From the IMG/VR virus record IMGVR_UViG_3300029319_006492: a stretch of DNA of 20,000 nucleotides. The stretch is one strand, 5' to 3'. The position numbers and the translations under genes are program-made. Source of the DNA: an uncultured virus (IMG/VR IMGVR_UViG_3300029319_006492) (lineage: Duplodnaviria > Heunggongvirae > Uroviricota > Caudoviricetes). Positions 8,931 to 18,211 of the stretch are shown in pieces. The notes beneath the pieces were generated by a model that saw only the letters and a list, made by a program, of their open reading frames with translations, was not told the origin of the DNA and ran no database searches. Each line of letters starts with the position of its first letter. The stretch's first letter is position 1.

Positions 8931-10091
8931 TTAGCCTGCTGGGAACGCGCCACCATTAGGACCAACTGTGGCCCCAACTTTGCCAAGCGCGTTAAAGCCG
9001 ACATAACCATTTGATCTCATTTGCACATCCAAGTCGTTGTAGTTTACATAGCTGAACGTACTGGTGGCATTTCCTCCACCTGCATCGCCCCCTCCGTAAC
9101 TAACGCTTTGCAACCTGTTCTTGACTCCCAAGTCAAGGCCAAGACCGTTTCTGGTATACACAAAGATAATTTCATCAGGAGTGTTATTACCAGAGGCAGT
9201 CGTACCGTAGAGGTCGTAGTCACCAGCTTCTGTAGCCTGAACAAAGTCACCAGAGATTGAAATAACTTCAATATCACAAGTAACTTCAATCGGGAAAGCT
9301 GCTGGACGAGCATAAGGAGTTTTCTTTCCAAGCTCAAAAATATCTTCACGAGAGAAGTCGGTGCTTACATTGATACTCTGTGCGTGAATCAAACCGTCAG
9401 CATTCCCGTATCCAGAGCCAGCCATAGTATTAGGCCCATGAAGACTAAGGCAACTAAATGGCATGACGGAGTGTGAAATCATAACGTCTTCTTTCTGAAC
9501 GATACCGCCAGAAGCTGCGCCGTCTACACCCAAACCAAGAGGTGAATCTTCACCGTCAAACGCAGCTACGGCTGATGTCGTGATTTTACCACCACGATCA
9601 GCAATCCACTGCTTGTTGTTACCAACCAAGGTGCAAGACTCGGTAGAGCTTCCATCAGAGTTTAGGCTGTAAGAAATACTGCTGATATACATACCAGACA
9701 TATAAACTTCTGCTGGCGCAGTGCCACCATCACCCTTAAGGTTGTTAATCGAGTCTGGGAAGATACCCAATCTGACATCGCATCTCTGCTTTGATCTATT
9801 AACAAGACCTGAGCCAGTTAATGGCGTAATCCCAGTGGAAGCCATGTGGTATATAAGTGGGTATCCATCAAGAACTTTTTCCAAGGTAACCTCAATGTCA
9901 GGCGTACCTTCGATATTCTCATAAATTTCGATTTGACCAAGCTCAAACGCTTGTTCCAGACTAAAGTTAGTGTTTACACCAACACTCTGAAGGCCGTGTA
10001 CCATATTAGCCGTTCCAAGAGCAGCCGCAGACGCATGGTCTGTAATGGCAACACCTTGGCAGGCGTAAAAAATTCTATCATTTGCTGACAT
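8931..10091 (-). CDS. Major tail tube protein with two tandem tube-like domains (386 aa)
   Basis: Lies between terminator and chaperone/TMP genes, with a strong SD (AAAGGAG) and its own promoter-like motif. Beta-rich; the tube-like motif QSxxVxTxFSxExxFELG occurs twice. Confidence 0.82.
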   Translation of the reverse strand: MSANDRIFYACQGVAITDHASAAALGTANMVHGLQSVGVNTNFSLEQAFELGQIEIYENIEGTPDIEVTLEKVLDGYPLIYHMASTGITPLTGSGLVNRSKQRCDVRLGIFPDSINNLKGDGGTAPAEVYMSGMYISSISYSLNSDGSSTESCTLVGNNKQWIADRGGKITTSAVAAFDGEDSPLGLGVDGAASGGIVQKEDVMISHSVMPFSCLSLHGPNTMAGSGYGNADGLIHAQSINVSTDFSREDIFELGKKTPYARPAAFPIEVTCDIEVISISGDFVQATEAGDYDLYGTTASGNNTPDEIIFVYTRNGLGLDLGVKNRLQSVSYGGGDAGGGNATSTFSYVNYNDLDVQMRSNGYVGFNALGKVGATVGPNGGAFPAG

Positions 10092-10131
10092 TGGTTTCTC
10101 TCCTTTAAGTTTATAAAGAGGTTTTCTATTG

Positions 10132-10141
10132 AATTATACAC
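10132..10141 (-). promoter_or_regulatory. Putative promoter element GTGTATAATT upstream of the tube gene
   Basis: Intergenic, 40 nt before the ATG; an identical 10-mer lies 38 nt before the ATG at 19100. No recognisable -35 here. Confidence 0.6.
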
Positions 10142-10149
10142 GAAAAATA

Positions 10150-11130
10150 CTAAATATTCGTTTTTATTCCCTCAGTTGTCATCCTCACAATTCCGCCAAA
10201 GAAATTAGTGTTGTGCGTTACCATCTCTTGGACCACTGTTTTTGTTAATCTGAGCTTCCCGCCAGTGTACTCGCTTACTAAATCTGGATATCTGAGGGCG
10301 CCAGAAACTGGAGTACCCCTGTAATCTAGTGGGAAGTCATTATTTTGGTTGATTTCGTTACTGTTAAATAAATGAATATTTTTATCATTTTGTAGTGAAA
10401 TAATATCAACCAATTGATTTCTAGTCATCTCGTCTTCTGCTATGCAGTGGAAAAGTACATCTGTATAAACAAATTGCCCTCCACCAAGCTGATACCCCTT
10501 AAAAGTTCTGGTTGGCACTATTTCTACTGCTACAAGCGGTAGCTGCGCCCTGCTTTCAGGAGGCACATTCCAAGGTCCATCATCACTGTCTAAAAAGGTG
10601 TCCGTAGGCTGTAGTGTCTTTGCTTGAACCTGCTTGTACCAAGGAATGTTGTTCGCATATAATAGGTTTATGTACTTGTAGCTATGTTCAGCCCTCACAA
10701 CTGATCCTGTTGGAATAGGATTATTAAAAACAACTCTACCATTAAAATAGTCTACGTGATAAGCGTAATCACCAACTGTGTCTGTGGGGTAAAATGAGTT
10801 GCCTATGTAAACTCCTGATATTCCGGGTTTAACATTGTCGTCTCCAACAATCGGGGCATCAAACCCTTGTGGAGAAACACCGCTTTGCCAAACCCAATTT
10901 TTTCTAAACCCTTCCCAAACTTGACCGGCAGTGTAAGAGTCGTTAGATGACAGTCTTAATCTGCTCATATCCTCTCCGTTGGGAGAAGTCTCTCCCACGG
11001 TTACATTGAAGTAATTACCCTTCGTCAATAATGCCCAATCAAAATATTCTATAAGTCCATCCTGAATATCATTATTCAGCGTGGAATCGAATACTCCGCT
11101 TATTCCCTTTAGGGGTTGAAAGGTAGACAT
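10150..11130 (-). CDS. Putative tail terminator/completion protein with an extra beta domain (326 aa)
   Basis: Immediately upstream of the tube gene. The C-terminal half (LPLVAVEIV...GYQLGGG...DVLFHCIAEDEMTRNQLVDII) resembles tail terminators. TAATG coupling to the upstream gene. Confidence 0.65.
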   Translation of the reverse strand: MSTFQPLKGISGVFDSTLNNDIQDGLIEYFDWALLTKGNYFNVTVGETSPNGEDMSRLRLSSNDSYTAGQVWEGFRKNWVWQSGVSPQGFDAPIVGDDNVKPGISGVYIGNSFYPTDTVGDYAYHVDYFNGRVVFNNPIPTGSVVRAEHSYKYINLLYANNIPWYKQVQAKTLQPTDTFLDSDDGPWNVPPESRAQLPLVAVEIVPTRTFKGYQLGGGQFVYTDVLFHCIAEDEMTRNQLVDIISLQNDKNIHLFNSNEINQNNDFPLDYRGTPVSGALRYPDLVSEYTGGKLRLTKTVVQEMVTHNTNFFGGIVRMTTEGIKTNI

Positions 11131-11780
11131 TAGTTAAGTAATCCTTGAAGTATGCTAGTAATTTCTTTTTCTCTCGACTTAAAGGCTCTAGTTATAAAAT
11201 TGTCGCCTCGTATGCCTGAAAACTCTGGTGGGACTCTCCAAAGCCCGCCCACATTCATTTCGCCGCCGCCTGATCTGCCTGTAGGAGCTGGTACATAATT
11301 CCAGCCAACGACTATTGTTCTATCGCCCTGTGTCAATAACCAATCTAGCCAGTGTAAGTCTCCACCCTTTTCCGTCAATACATGGCCCGATTGCAGTCCA
11401 AGGAGATTAAAAAAATCTTTAGGTTGAAAGGAAAATTCTACTAGTCCTTTTAATTTTGTATTTATAGGTCTAATGTTTATCTCCATAGACTTAACTACGG
11501 CAAACACTATCTGATTTACTGCGTTTTCCGCTGTGCCGACAGGCAATCCAAACTGAGCATTTAGGGAGCCAAAGACACCTTTGCCCACCAAACTTCCTAT
11601 CTCTGGCTGACTTCTTACCCAACCCTCGACAGCTTCTATAAAACGCCTCTTCGTCTTATTTGTGTTTTTCTTTATTTTCCTGTTTAAATCTTGCGCTATG
11701 GAGCCGTATATCTTTTTTTGTATAGTTCTGTCTGACTCAAGTAATTCTACTGTTAATTTACCCTTGCCCAGATTCAACAT
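11130..11780 (-). CDS. Putative neck protein (Ne1 / HK97 gp10-like position), 216 aa from ATG 11780
   Basis: Basic protein between closure and terminator genes, ending in DNFITRAF..., similar to the end of Ne1-type proteins. ATG 11780 overlaps the upstream TAA and has GGGAG upstream, so it is preferred over the TTG start at 11801. Confidence 0.55.
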   Translation of the reverse strand: MLNLGKGKLTVELLESDRTIQKKIYGSIAQDLNRKIKKNTNKTKRRFIEAVEGWVRSQPEIGSLVGKGVFGSLNAQFGLPVGTAENAVNQIVFAVVKSMEINIRPINTKLKGLVEFSFQPKDFFNLLGLQSGHVLTEKGGDLHWLDWLLTQGDRTIVVGWNYVPAPTGRSGGGEMNVGGLWRVPPEFSGIRGDNFITRAFKSREKEITSILQGLLN

Positions 11781-12259
11781 TACGATCTCTCCCAAAAGCA
11801 TCCGTAATATCTATTTTGTTTTAGCCCCATTGGGAACGGCTCTCCAAATTTCTTAAATCTCATTTCCACAAGGTCTTTTATGTCTTTGTGAACTATCAAT
11901 TCTTTGGCTCTCATGATTTTGTCTAAATCCGTTGCAAAGAAAATCGTTTGAACAGAGTTGTCTGGTATCACCATGTTAGCGCCTATCTTTGTCCAGCTTT
12001 TGCTATCCCAATACACTTTTAACTTTATGTCTTCAATCTTTTCTACTTCTTTTATTACCTTGTTTTGTCTAGTGTACTGAGGTTGGGATCTCCTGTGCGC
12101 ATTAACAGACCTGTTGTCAGGAATGTTGTTGAACGTATTGGATATCTCCTCTACTGTTTCTACGTATACTAATTGACATGTGACTCCAAATATATTAAAT
12201 GTAGAGTCTACAACATCAAAATATTTATCAAAGACGCTATCAGGGATTGTAATGGGCAT
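11780..12259 (-). CDS. Putative head-closure (stopper) protein (159 aa)
   Basis: Size, beta-rich pattern and position upstream of neck, terminator and tube genes; TAATG coupling on both sides. Confidence 0.5.
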   Translation of the reverse strand: MPITIPDSVFDKYFDVVDSTFNIFGVTCQLVYVETVEEISNTFNNIPDNRSVNAHRRSQPQYTRQNKVIKEVEKIEDIKLKVYWDSKSWTKIGANMVIPDNSVQTIFFATDLDKIMRAKELIVHKDIKDLVEMRFKKFGEPFPMGLKQNRYYGCFWERS

Positions 12260-12456
12260 TAGCTAGCTCCACCGCCGTAATGCTCATCAAATCTAGTATT
12301 CAAGCGTGAGAACATAGTTCCAGAAGCAACAAACTGATTGACAACCGGCTCTATTTTGTTTTTGGCCGTTTCTCCAGTTTCTTGTACGGAAACCATTACG
12401 CTACCGTTTTTTATGTCGGTAGTGCTTTTTGCTTTTATAACTATCTCGTCAGACAT
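12259..12456 (-). CDS. Hypothetical small protein (65 aa)
   Basis: GGAG SD upstream; its stop overlaps the next start. Confidence 0.7.
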   Translation of the reverse strand: MSDEIVIKAKSTTDIKNGSVMVSVQETGETAKNKIEPVVNQFVASGTMFSRLNTRFDEHYGGGAS

Positions 12457-12505
12457 TTTTTATATCTCCGTTAAAGATTAATATTTAGTTACTTTCCTGT
12501 GTGAA

Positions 12506-15500
12506 TTATAAAGGAACCAACTGGGAAGTTTGACGCCTCCAATCTCCATCTATATAGATTATATAGTAACGTTGAGAGGGAGTTTCCCCTGATGCTGGCG
12601 ACCAGATAGCGAATGTTCCCTCGTTGGTTGGGATCTTATTGCCGGTGTTATCGTAAACATTTCCAGCGACATCTTTGTATTTTGCTATAGGTATTTTTAA
12701 GTAGCCGTCACTGTCAATGATCGTTTGTTCAGTTCTTCCAGCTCCAAAGCTTGAACTTACGTTGTTAACGTCTACTCTTAGAATATCACCAGCCTGCGCC
12801 GATTGCCTGTCAAGTTTCAAAACGTGGTCAACAGCTCTGTCTGGTTTTACGGTTAAGGTAGAGGTAATTAACTCTGATTGACTTGATGGCTGTCTACCAA
12901 TCATAAGATTTCTTTGTGAGCTTCCGTCAGCATTAACAGCCGCAGTGCTGTAACCATGAATTACGGAACCTATACTTATGATATATGGGTCATAATCAGA
13001 CGCCCATGTTTTATGTCGAGAGTTGTTAACGCATGTTGGTTCTATAATCAGGTTATAGCTACCTATCTTTCTGTCGGTGCCATTGCCTTTTCCAACAGCT
13101 CTACCCAAGACAATAGTATTTTCTACAACTCCTGAAGGTATGTCGTCCATGTAATTCATGGCGTTTCTACCGATAATCACAGTATTCTGAATTCCAGAAG
13201 CTTTTGTTCCAGCGGCAGAACCGATAGCTATTACCCTACTGTTAGTTCCTCTGAGGCTTGGTAGACCACCAAGAGCATAGTAACCTACAGCAACATTTTT
13301 CTCATTATTGTCGCCATATCTACCAGCATAGTAACCAATGTAAACACTTCTGTCGTCTGAATATCCACTTTGAGAAGCGTAGTTACCAATAGAAACTGTT
13401 CCAAAGTTATCTTTCGCGTCGAGACCAGCATTGGCACCAAAGAATTGGGATCGTTGATTGGATTGAGATTGCTGTCCAGCCGAAGCGCCTACAAACTCAC
13501 ACGTAGTGTTCTCAGAGCTAGATTTGCCAGCGTTGTATCCGATAGAGATACATTGTACTGTATCTGACGCAGATCCGGCAGCGCCTTGACCAATTGCTAC
13601 AAGATTTGTTATACCGCTAGAGTAAAGAGAAGAGTTATAGCCTATAGATATGAGCTGACTTGACCTAAGCGATGCCCTAGCAGCGTTTTCACCAATACCT
13701 ATATTGTTATAAACCTCGACACCCGAAAATGGTATCGCGTCCATGCCCGCTTTGGGACCAATAAATATAGAGTTTTGTTGGCCACTAGCTTGATAACCAG
13801 CCCTGTACCCAATGAAAGTACCAGAAGTTTGGAAACCGTTTAACTGTCCAGAAGCAGCTTCTAAGCCAAGGATTACACTCTCGTCTGCTCCAGAAATTGA
13901 ACCAACACCAGCCCCATTCCCAATTCTAATTGCTTGGTCAAATATCAGATGTCTTAATGTGCCACTTCCATCATGTCTAAAGTCAACAGTTCCATCTTGA
14001 AGGGCTATGCCGCTTCCATAAGAAGTGATACCCCCAGTAGCAAGGCCAGAGGCTACTTGAACCGCCCTGTTCCCAGAAGAAATCGCTAAGTTTAGAACAT
14101 CAGATAGTCCAGAGGGAAAATCTAGATGGAGAGAAACGTTGTTTCCAACATTAGTCTTAACTAAACCACTTCCGGCAAAAACACCAGATAGTGCTGGAGA
14201 AGAAATATTGTTTATTCTTAAATTTAATGCTCCGGACGCACTCTCTGAATAATGAAGTAAGGCACCAGATAATGCAGGAGCTGCAAATCTAAATACATTT
14301 TGAGAGTTGTCGTAATCAGCAACGACCCCGCTAACGCCCATAAAGTGTACAGCACTCGTGGTTGTAATTTGATCGGATATATGAGTTGTGTAATTTGCTC
14401 CTCCGGAAGCAGAAACCTTCCAGTGTCCGTAGCCACCACCAAGCCCACCAATCCGGGTATCAAAATAACCAGATACAGAGTCTGTCCATCCAGAGGCTTC
14501 AGTTATAGAACTATTGCCGGAGTTGGTAATGTGCTGCATAATATCTCCGGATAGCCCCGGAGCTGCAAATCTAAATTGATTGCTTGTCGCACTATAATCC
14601 GCTACAAGACCACTGACCCCTAAGAAATGAACAGAGTTATTTGAAGATATGTTATCTTCAATATGTGTGTCATAATTCGCTCCCCCAGAAGCGGAGACTT
14701 TCCACTGACCGTAACCTCCACCAAGACTGCCGATACGAGAATCAACATAGCCAGACACAGAGTTGGTCCAACCGGAGGCCACAGTGATGGCGCTATTGCC
14801 AGAGGCGATAGCAAAAAGTTCAAGATTGTTTTGCAGGGTATTTTGCAGGGTTGTGGCGTTAATTTCCAATAAACCACTTGGTCCAGAAAACCCAAAGACT
14901 CTTGTTTGAATACCGCTAACACCACTCACTAGTAATCTATCAGATTGGTGCAATAAATGCTCTGAGTTTCCAGCGGAGTCAGTTCCAGATGCGTAGAATA
15001 AATTTCCAACGTCAATAAGATGGCCTTTTCCAATATTGCTTATAGTAATACCGCTACCGCCTTGGTAAGCTCCGCTAATACTGTTACTAACATCTCCATT
15101 GAAAATTATGCCGCTTACATCAATCTTTTCTGTAGTGGTCCAAGCGTCTGTCGCATTTTTCCAAGTCCATTTTTTATCGTAGTTGGTGCTTTTGATTATT
15201 ATACCAGCATCGTCAATAGCGGCATCATTGTTTATTGCGTTTCCGCTCTGGGAAGCAAACTCAAGATTTATATCTTTCATAGTAACTACGGTGCTATCTA
15301 AGAAAGTTTTTGTTCCGCTAACCATCAAGTTGCCAACAGCATGGATGTCGCCGCCAAAGTGTGCATCGCCACTAACCATTAGCATACCGCTAATACCAGC
15401 ATCCCCACCGACATCCAAACTGTAAGATGGAGCTATGGGTATATTTACTCCAAGCCAGTTATTACTCTTCTCATATTTTAAATATTTATCAAATTCTATT

Positions 15501-16645
15501 TTGCCGCTTGCGCTGGTAAACGCTACCGCTCCGGTTGGAATGTCAGTGCCATAATCTACATAGTTTTGCTGAACAACGTACATTGAAGATAGGTCTGGAA
15601 TATCTTCTAATTGTAAGTATCTAAATAGAGGGTGGTCTTCTGGGCAAGTAGCTGACGACTCATTGCATCCACTTGGTGGACCAGCTAATATTTGACCCTT
15701 TAGCTGCTTCTTGAAAAGCAATCTTTGATCTACCAGCCCGCTAAGAGAAAACACCTGATCAGTATGTGTCTGAGTGTCAAGTTCATTTCTAAAGAACGGC
15801 TCTAGCTGCCTACCGCCAGAAGCTGTCTTCAAAGGAGCTTGTTGTAAAGCCTGTCCGCCAGAAAATTGAACACCAGATCCTCCGTCAATAAAGCCAGACG
15901 CTCTAACTTGAGAGTAAGAAGTAAGACCTCCAACATCAACAGCGAACACAGGAGATGGCTGAGATACACCGATAGCGTTTTGCCCAGTAGACCAAACTAT
16001 ATCCGCATCATAATCCAGCGTCTGTTCATTGCCCCAGAATGCTATACCAGCTTTTCTTGGCTCACTGAAACCACTGACGCCAGCCCCGGTAAACACAGAG
16101 GTCTTTCCGGGGTAGGTTACAAATACTTCAGTAACACCCTGAAAATCTACAGGTCCACCTGACACAGCGTAGTTTTGACCACTAACTCCGGCGTGATAAG
16201 TAGGAACTGCATGGCCAGCGTGGGTATTTGGCATATAAAAGGTTACACCGGGAAACCCAGAAAATCTGTGTTCATGAACTGCCGAAGCAGTGCCAGCAAA
16301 ACCTTTAACTCCACTAGCTGCGGACTTGGTTAAATATAAAGGGTAAAAATGACCTTGTTTACCTCTAGTAGCTCCATAAGCACTAGCATCGTCAACAAAG
16401 TAAGGTCCAGAGGAGATGTTATTACTGCGTAGAGGATATCTGGTTAGAGTATTTGATCTGTACTCACCAGAGCCAACTTCGTACCTAGTGCCGTCTGTTG
16501 CCGCATAGAAAACAACATCGCCATCTTCGTAAAAGTCTCTAAAAGGACTAAAACCCGTAGCTATGCTGTCCAATGAAAATGCATTGGTAGACGGGTCAAA
16601 CGAAAGCTGTTTGACTCTATCAGAAAGTCTTACTTCTCTGGACAT
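12506..16645 (-). CDS. Fibre/appendage protein (1379 aa) with mosaic domains and a YadA-like beta-roll repeat region
   Basis: The N-terminus has the DRVK...GF..F...Y...EVGxGxY...VFVTYP pattern I recall from phage fibre N-termini. It also has a GNLxVxGTxT..DSTVV..D.N.E module, a 94 aa tandem duplication and ~14-residue xxIGxxAG repeats. Gly/Ser-rich. Confidence 0.8.
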   Translation of the reverse strand: MSREVRLSDRVKQLSFDPSTNAFSLDSIATGFSPFRDFYEDGDVVFYAATDGTRYEVGSGEYRSNTLTRYPLRSNNISSGPYFVDDASAYGATRGKQGHFYPLYLTKSAASGVKGFAGTASAVHEHRFSGFPGVTFYMPNTHAGHAVPTYHAGVSGQNYAVSGGPVDFQGVTEVFVTYPGKTSVFTGAGVSGFSEPRKAGIAFWGNEQTLDYDADIVWSTGQNAIGVSQPSPVFAVDVGGLTSYSQVRASGFIDGGSGVQFSGGQALQQAPLKTASGGRQLEPFFRNELDTQTHTDQVFSLSGLVDQRLLFKKQLKGQILAGPPSGCNESSATCPEDHPLFRYLQLEDIPDLSSMYVVQQNYVDYGTDIPTGAVAFTSASGKIEFDKYLKYEKSNNWLGVNIPIAPSYSLDVGGDAGISGMLMVSGDAHFGGDIHAVGNLMVSGTKTFLDSTVVTMKDINLEFASQSGNAINNDAAIDDAGIIIKSTNYDKKWTWKNATDAWTTTEKIDVSGIIFNGDVSNSISGAYQGGSGITISNIGKGHLIDVGNLFYASGTDSAGNSEHLLHQSDRLLVSGVSGIQTRVFGFSGPSGLLEINATTLQNTLQNNLELFAIASGNSAITVASGWTNSVSGYVDSRIGSLGGGYGQWKVSASGGANYDTHIEDNISSNNSVHFLGVSGLVADYSATSNQFRFAAPGLSGDIMQHITNSGNSSITEASGWTDSVSGYFDTRIGGLGGGYGHWKVSASGGANYTTHISDQITTTSAVHFMGVSGVVADYDNSQNVFRFAAPALSGALLHYSESASGALNLRINNISSPALSGVFAGSGLVKTNVGNNVSLHLDFPSGLSDVLNLAISSGNRAVQVASGLATGGITSYGSGIALQDGTVDFRHDGSGTLRHLIFDQAIRIGNGAGVGSISGADESVILGLEAASGQLNGFQTSGTFIGYRAGYQASGQQNSIFIGPKAGMDAIPFSGVEVYNNIGIGENAARASLRSSQLISIGYNSSLYSSGITNLVAIGQGAAGSASDTVQCISIGYNAGKSSSENTTCEFVGASAGQQSQSNQRSQFFGANAGLDAKDNFGTVSIGNYASQSGYSDDRSVYIGYYAGRYGDNNEKNVAVGYYALGGLPSLRGTNSRVIAIGSAAGTKASGIQNTVIIGRNAMNYMDDIPSGVVENTIVLGRAVGKGNGTDRKIGSYNLIIEPTCVNNSRHKTWASDYDPYIISIGSVIHGYSTAAVNADGSSQRNLMIGRQPSSQSELITSTLTVKPDRAVDHVLKLDRQSAQAGDILRVDVNNVSSSFGAGRTEQTIIDSDGYLKIPIAKYKDVAGNVYDNTGNKIPTNEGTFAIWSPASGETPSQRYYIIYIDGDWRRQTSQLVPL
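13090..13940 (-). repeat. ~14 aa periodic xxIGxxAG repeats (YadA-head-like beta-roll)
   Basis: TFIGYRAG, IFIGPKAG, IGIGENAA, ISIGYNSS, VAIGQGAA, ISIGYNAG, EFVGASAG, QFFGANAG, VSIGNYAS, VYIGYYAG, VAVGYYAL, IAIGSAAG, VIIGRNAM. Confidence 0.85.
14243..14806 (-). repeat. Tandem in-frame duplication of 282 nt (94 aa) in the fibre gene
   Basis: SGNSAITVASGWTNSVSGYVDSRIGSLGGGYGQWKVSASGGANY...FRFAAPGLSG versus SGNSSITEASGWTDSVSGYFDTRIGGLGGGYGHWKVSASGGANY...FRFAAPALSG; offset 282 nt. Confidence 0.95.
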
Positions 16646-16672
16646 TTATTTTACCTTTTATTAAATTACGGT

Positions 16673-17668
16673 TTACGGATCTGCATAGTTAGGATCAAAT
16701 CCAGTGGTCGGACCAACTGGCGATATTGATGGAGTTCCGGATGTCTCATTTACACCAAGTCCATAGAATACACAGTCGATCAACTCTGAATCAACATAGT
16801 CGCCGCTCTCAGTCCTAACAGCAACGGTGGTCGATTGTACATGAGCGTTATTGCCTACAGGCTCTCTCATGACAAAACCAACAGTGTTGACAACCATATC
16901 TTCTTTACTACCAGAGGCGGTTGTTGCATTTGCAGTACCAACAGCAACAAAATTGCTATTTGAGAATACTCCAGAATCAAAGATAATTTTATATTTTCCG
17001 GGGTTAAGCTTGATAATACCGCTGATGCCGTGATAAGACCTAATTGCTGGGGCCTTATTACCTACAGTACCGCTACCATCAAATTGAACCCAAGCGTTTG
17101 CAAAGCCTTTGCCGTTTTCTATGGTAGACTGATCTGAAAACCTCAAGGTTCCAGAAGTGTAGATTTCTTGATCTTGCCCCGGCCCAACCGGTACAAATTT
17201 GAACCCCATATCTGAATAGCCGGAAGCGTTGATCCAGTTATTACCAAGAACAAAATCGTCAGTACACGCATTTGTTCCATCAGTTTTGTAGTATCCAGTA
17301 TGTGGATTAGCAGAATCGTCAAAATTTAAATCGTTATGATTTAGGTTTTGAATACCGGGGAACGGTTGAATCTGCGTGTTATTGGCAATACCAACAACGC
17401 TAACAGGCCAATTAGGAAATTGGATTCCAGACTCTGCAATAAAGATACCCTCTGTTGCATCTCCGGTATTTACCTGTCTAGCTCTAACATTATTGTAAAA
17501 CGGGAAGGTGGTCGCGGTATCTCCACTACAAACTATTTTGTTTATAGAAAAAACCGTGTCTTCCATATTGTGACGAACATCTTCTGCTGATATAAGGCCA
17601 GCATTATTGTCCGCTAAATCGGTGCTGATACTAGTAATCAGATCACCGGAGTTCTTCATCGTAGGCAT
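16673..17668 (-). CDS. Putative short fibre / virion structural protein (331 aa)
   Basis: AAAGGAG SD. N-terminal LADNNAGLISAEDVR motif; C-terminal AxAWVxFDG...IR....IS.I....G.Y.I.F module resembling those in phage fibre-associated proteins. Confidence 0.6.
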   Translation of the reverse strand: MPTMKNSGDLITSISTDLADNNAGLISAEDVRHNMEDTVFSINKIVCSGDTATTFPFYNNVRARQVNTGDATEGIFIAESGIQFPNWPVSVVGIANNTQIQPFPGIQNLNHNDLNFDDSANPHTGYYKTDGTNACTDDFVLGNNWINASGYSDMGFKFVPVGPGQDQEIYTSGTLRFSDQSTIENGKGFANAWVQFDGSGTVGNKAPAIRSYHGISGIIKLNPGKYKIIFDSGVFSNSNFVAVGTANATTASGSKEDMVVNTVGFVMREPVGNNAHVQSTTVAVRTESGDYVDSELIDCVFYGLGVNETSGTPSISPVGPTTGFDPNYADP

Positions 17669-17681
17669 TTAAAGTTCTCCT

Positions 17682-18203
17682 TTAATAATTAAAATATCCA
17701 CCAGATCTGTTGTCTGAGTACATTCCTCGTCTTACATAGTCTGAACCGGGGCTGTAAGGTCCGAGGATAGACTGACCACTAACACTGTTTCCAGCTCTAT
17801 AATCCAATAGTGCTTCATCGTATTTCTTGCACAGGTCTTGATATAGAACGGTAAGTGTTGAGGTTACGCCCCTTAAATCTATTGCGGAAGGTCCATCTTT
17901 GATGCTGATAGCATTTCCAGACTCTTTTCTGATTTCGCTACCAACTATTATGCAAGCAGCTCTGAGGCAGGCTAAGGCTATGAACGGGTCATCTTTAGTG
18001 TCTAAGTCTGAAGGGTCTGGCGAAAGAGTGGACGCTTCTACATTTATGTCGTATGTATTGTTAAAGTCAACATTCATTATTAACAACTGAGCTGCCACTA
18101 GGATTGTGGTTTCAACCCTGTCTGTAGAAAATGTGTAATTAGATGGATCAACATCATTTATAAGATGCCTAACCACTGTTGTCATTTGACCTTGCCAAGA
18201 CAT
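17682..18203 (-). CDS. Putative head-tail adaptor/connector (173 aa)
   Basis: N-terminal VRHLINDVD...YTFS pattern, a helical body and a short beta hairpin (ISIKDGPSAID), as in gp6/gp15-type adaptors. Confidence 0.6.
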   Translation of the reverse strand: MSWQGQMTTVVRHLINDVDPSNYTFSTDRVETTILVAAQLLIMNVDFNNTYDINVEASTLSPDPSDLDTKDDPFIALACLRAACIIVGSEIRKESGNAISIKDGPSAIDLRGVTSTLTVLYQDLCKKYDEALLDYRAGNSVSGQSILGPYSPGSDYVRRGMYSDNRSGGYFNY

Positions 18204-18211
18204 ATGTTCAC

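Noticed and set aside
8931..11130. Contractile tail sheath, or a contractile injection system / tailocin
   Set aside because: No sheath-like gene lies between terminator and tube, and the head-tail joining genes point to a phage virion.
14243..14806. Diversity-generating retroelement TR/VR pair
   Set aside because: Both copies are in-frame, adjacent and mid-gene; the differences are not adenine-specific; no reverse transcriptase is in the window.
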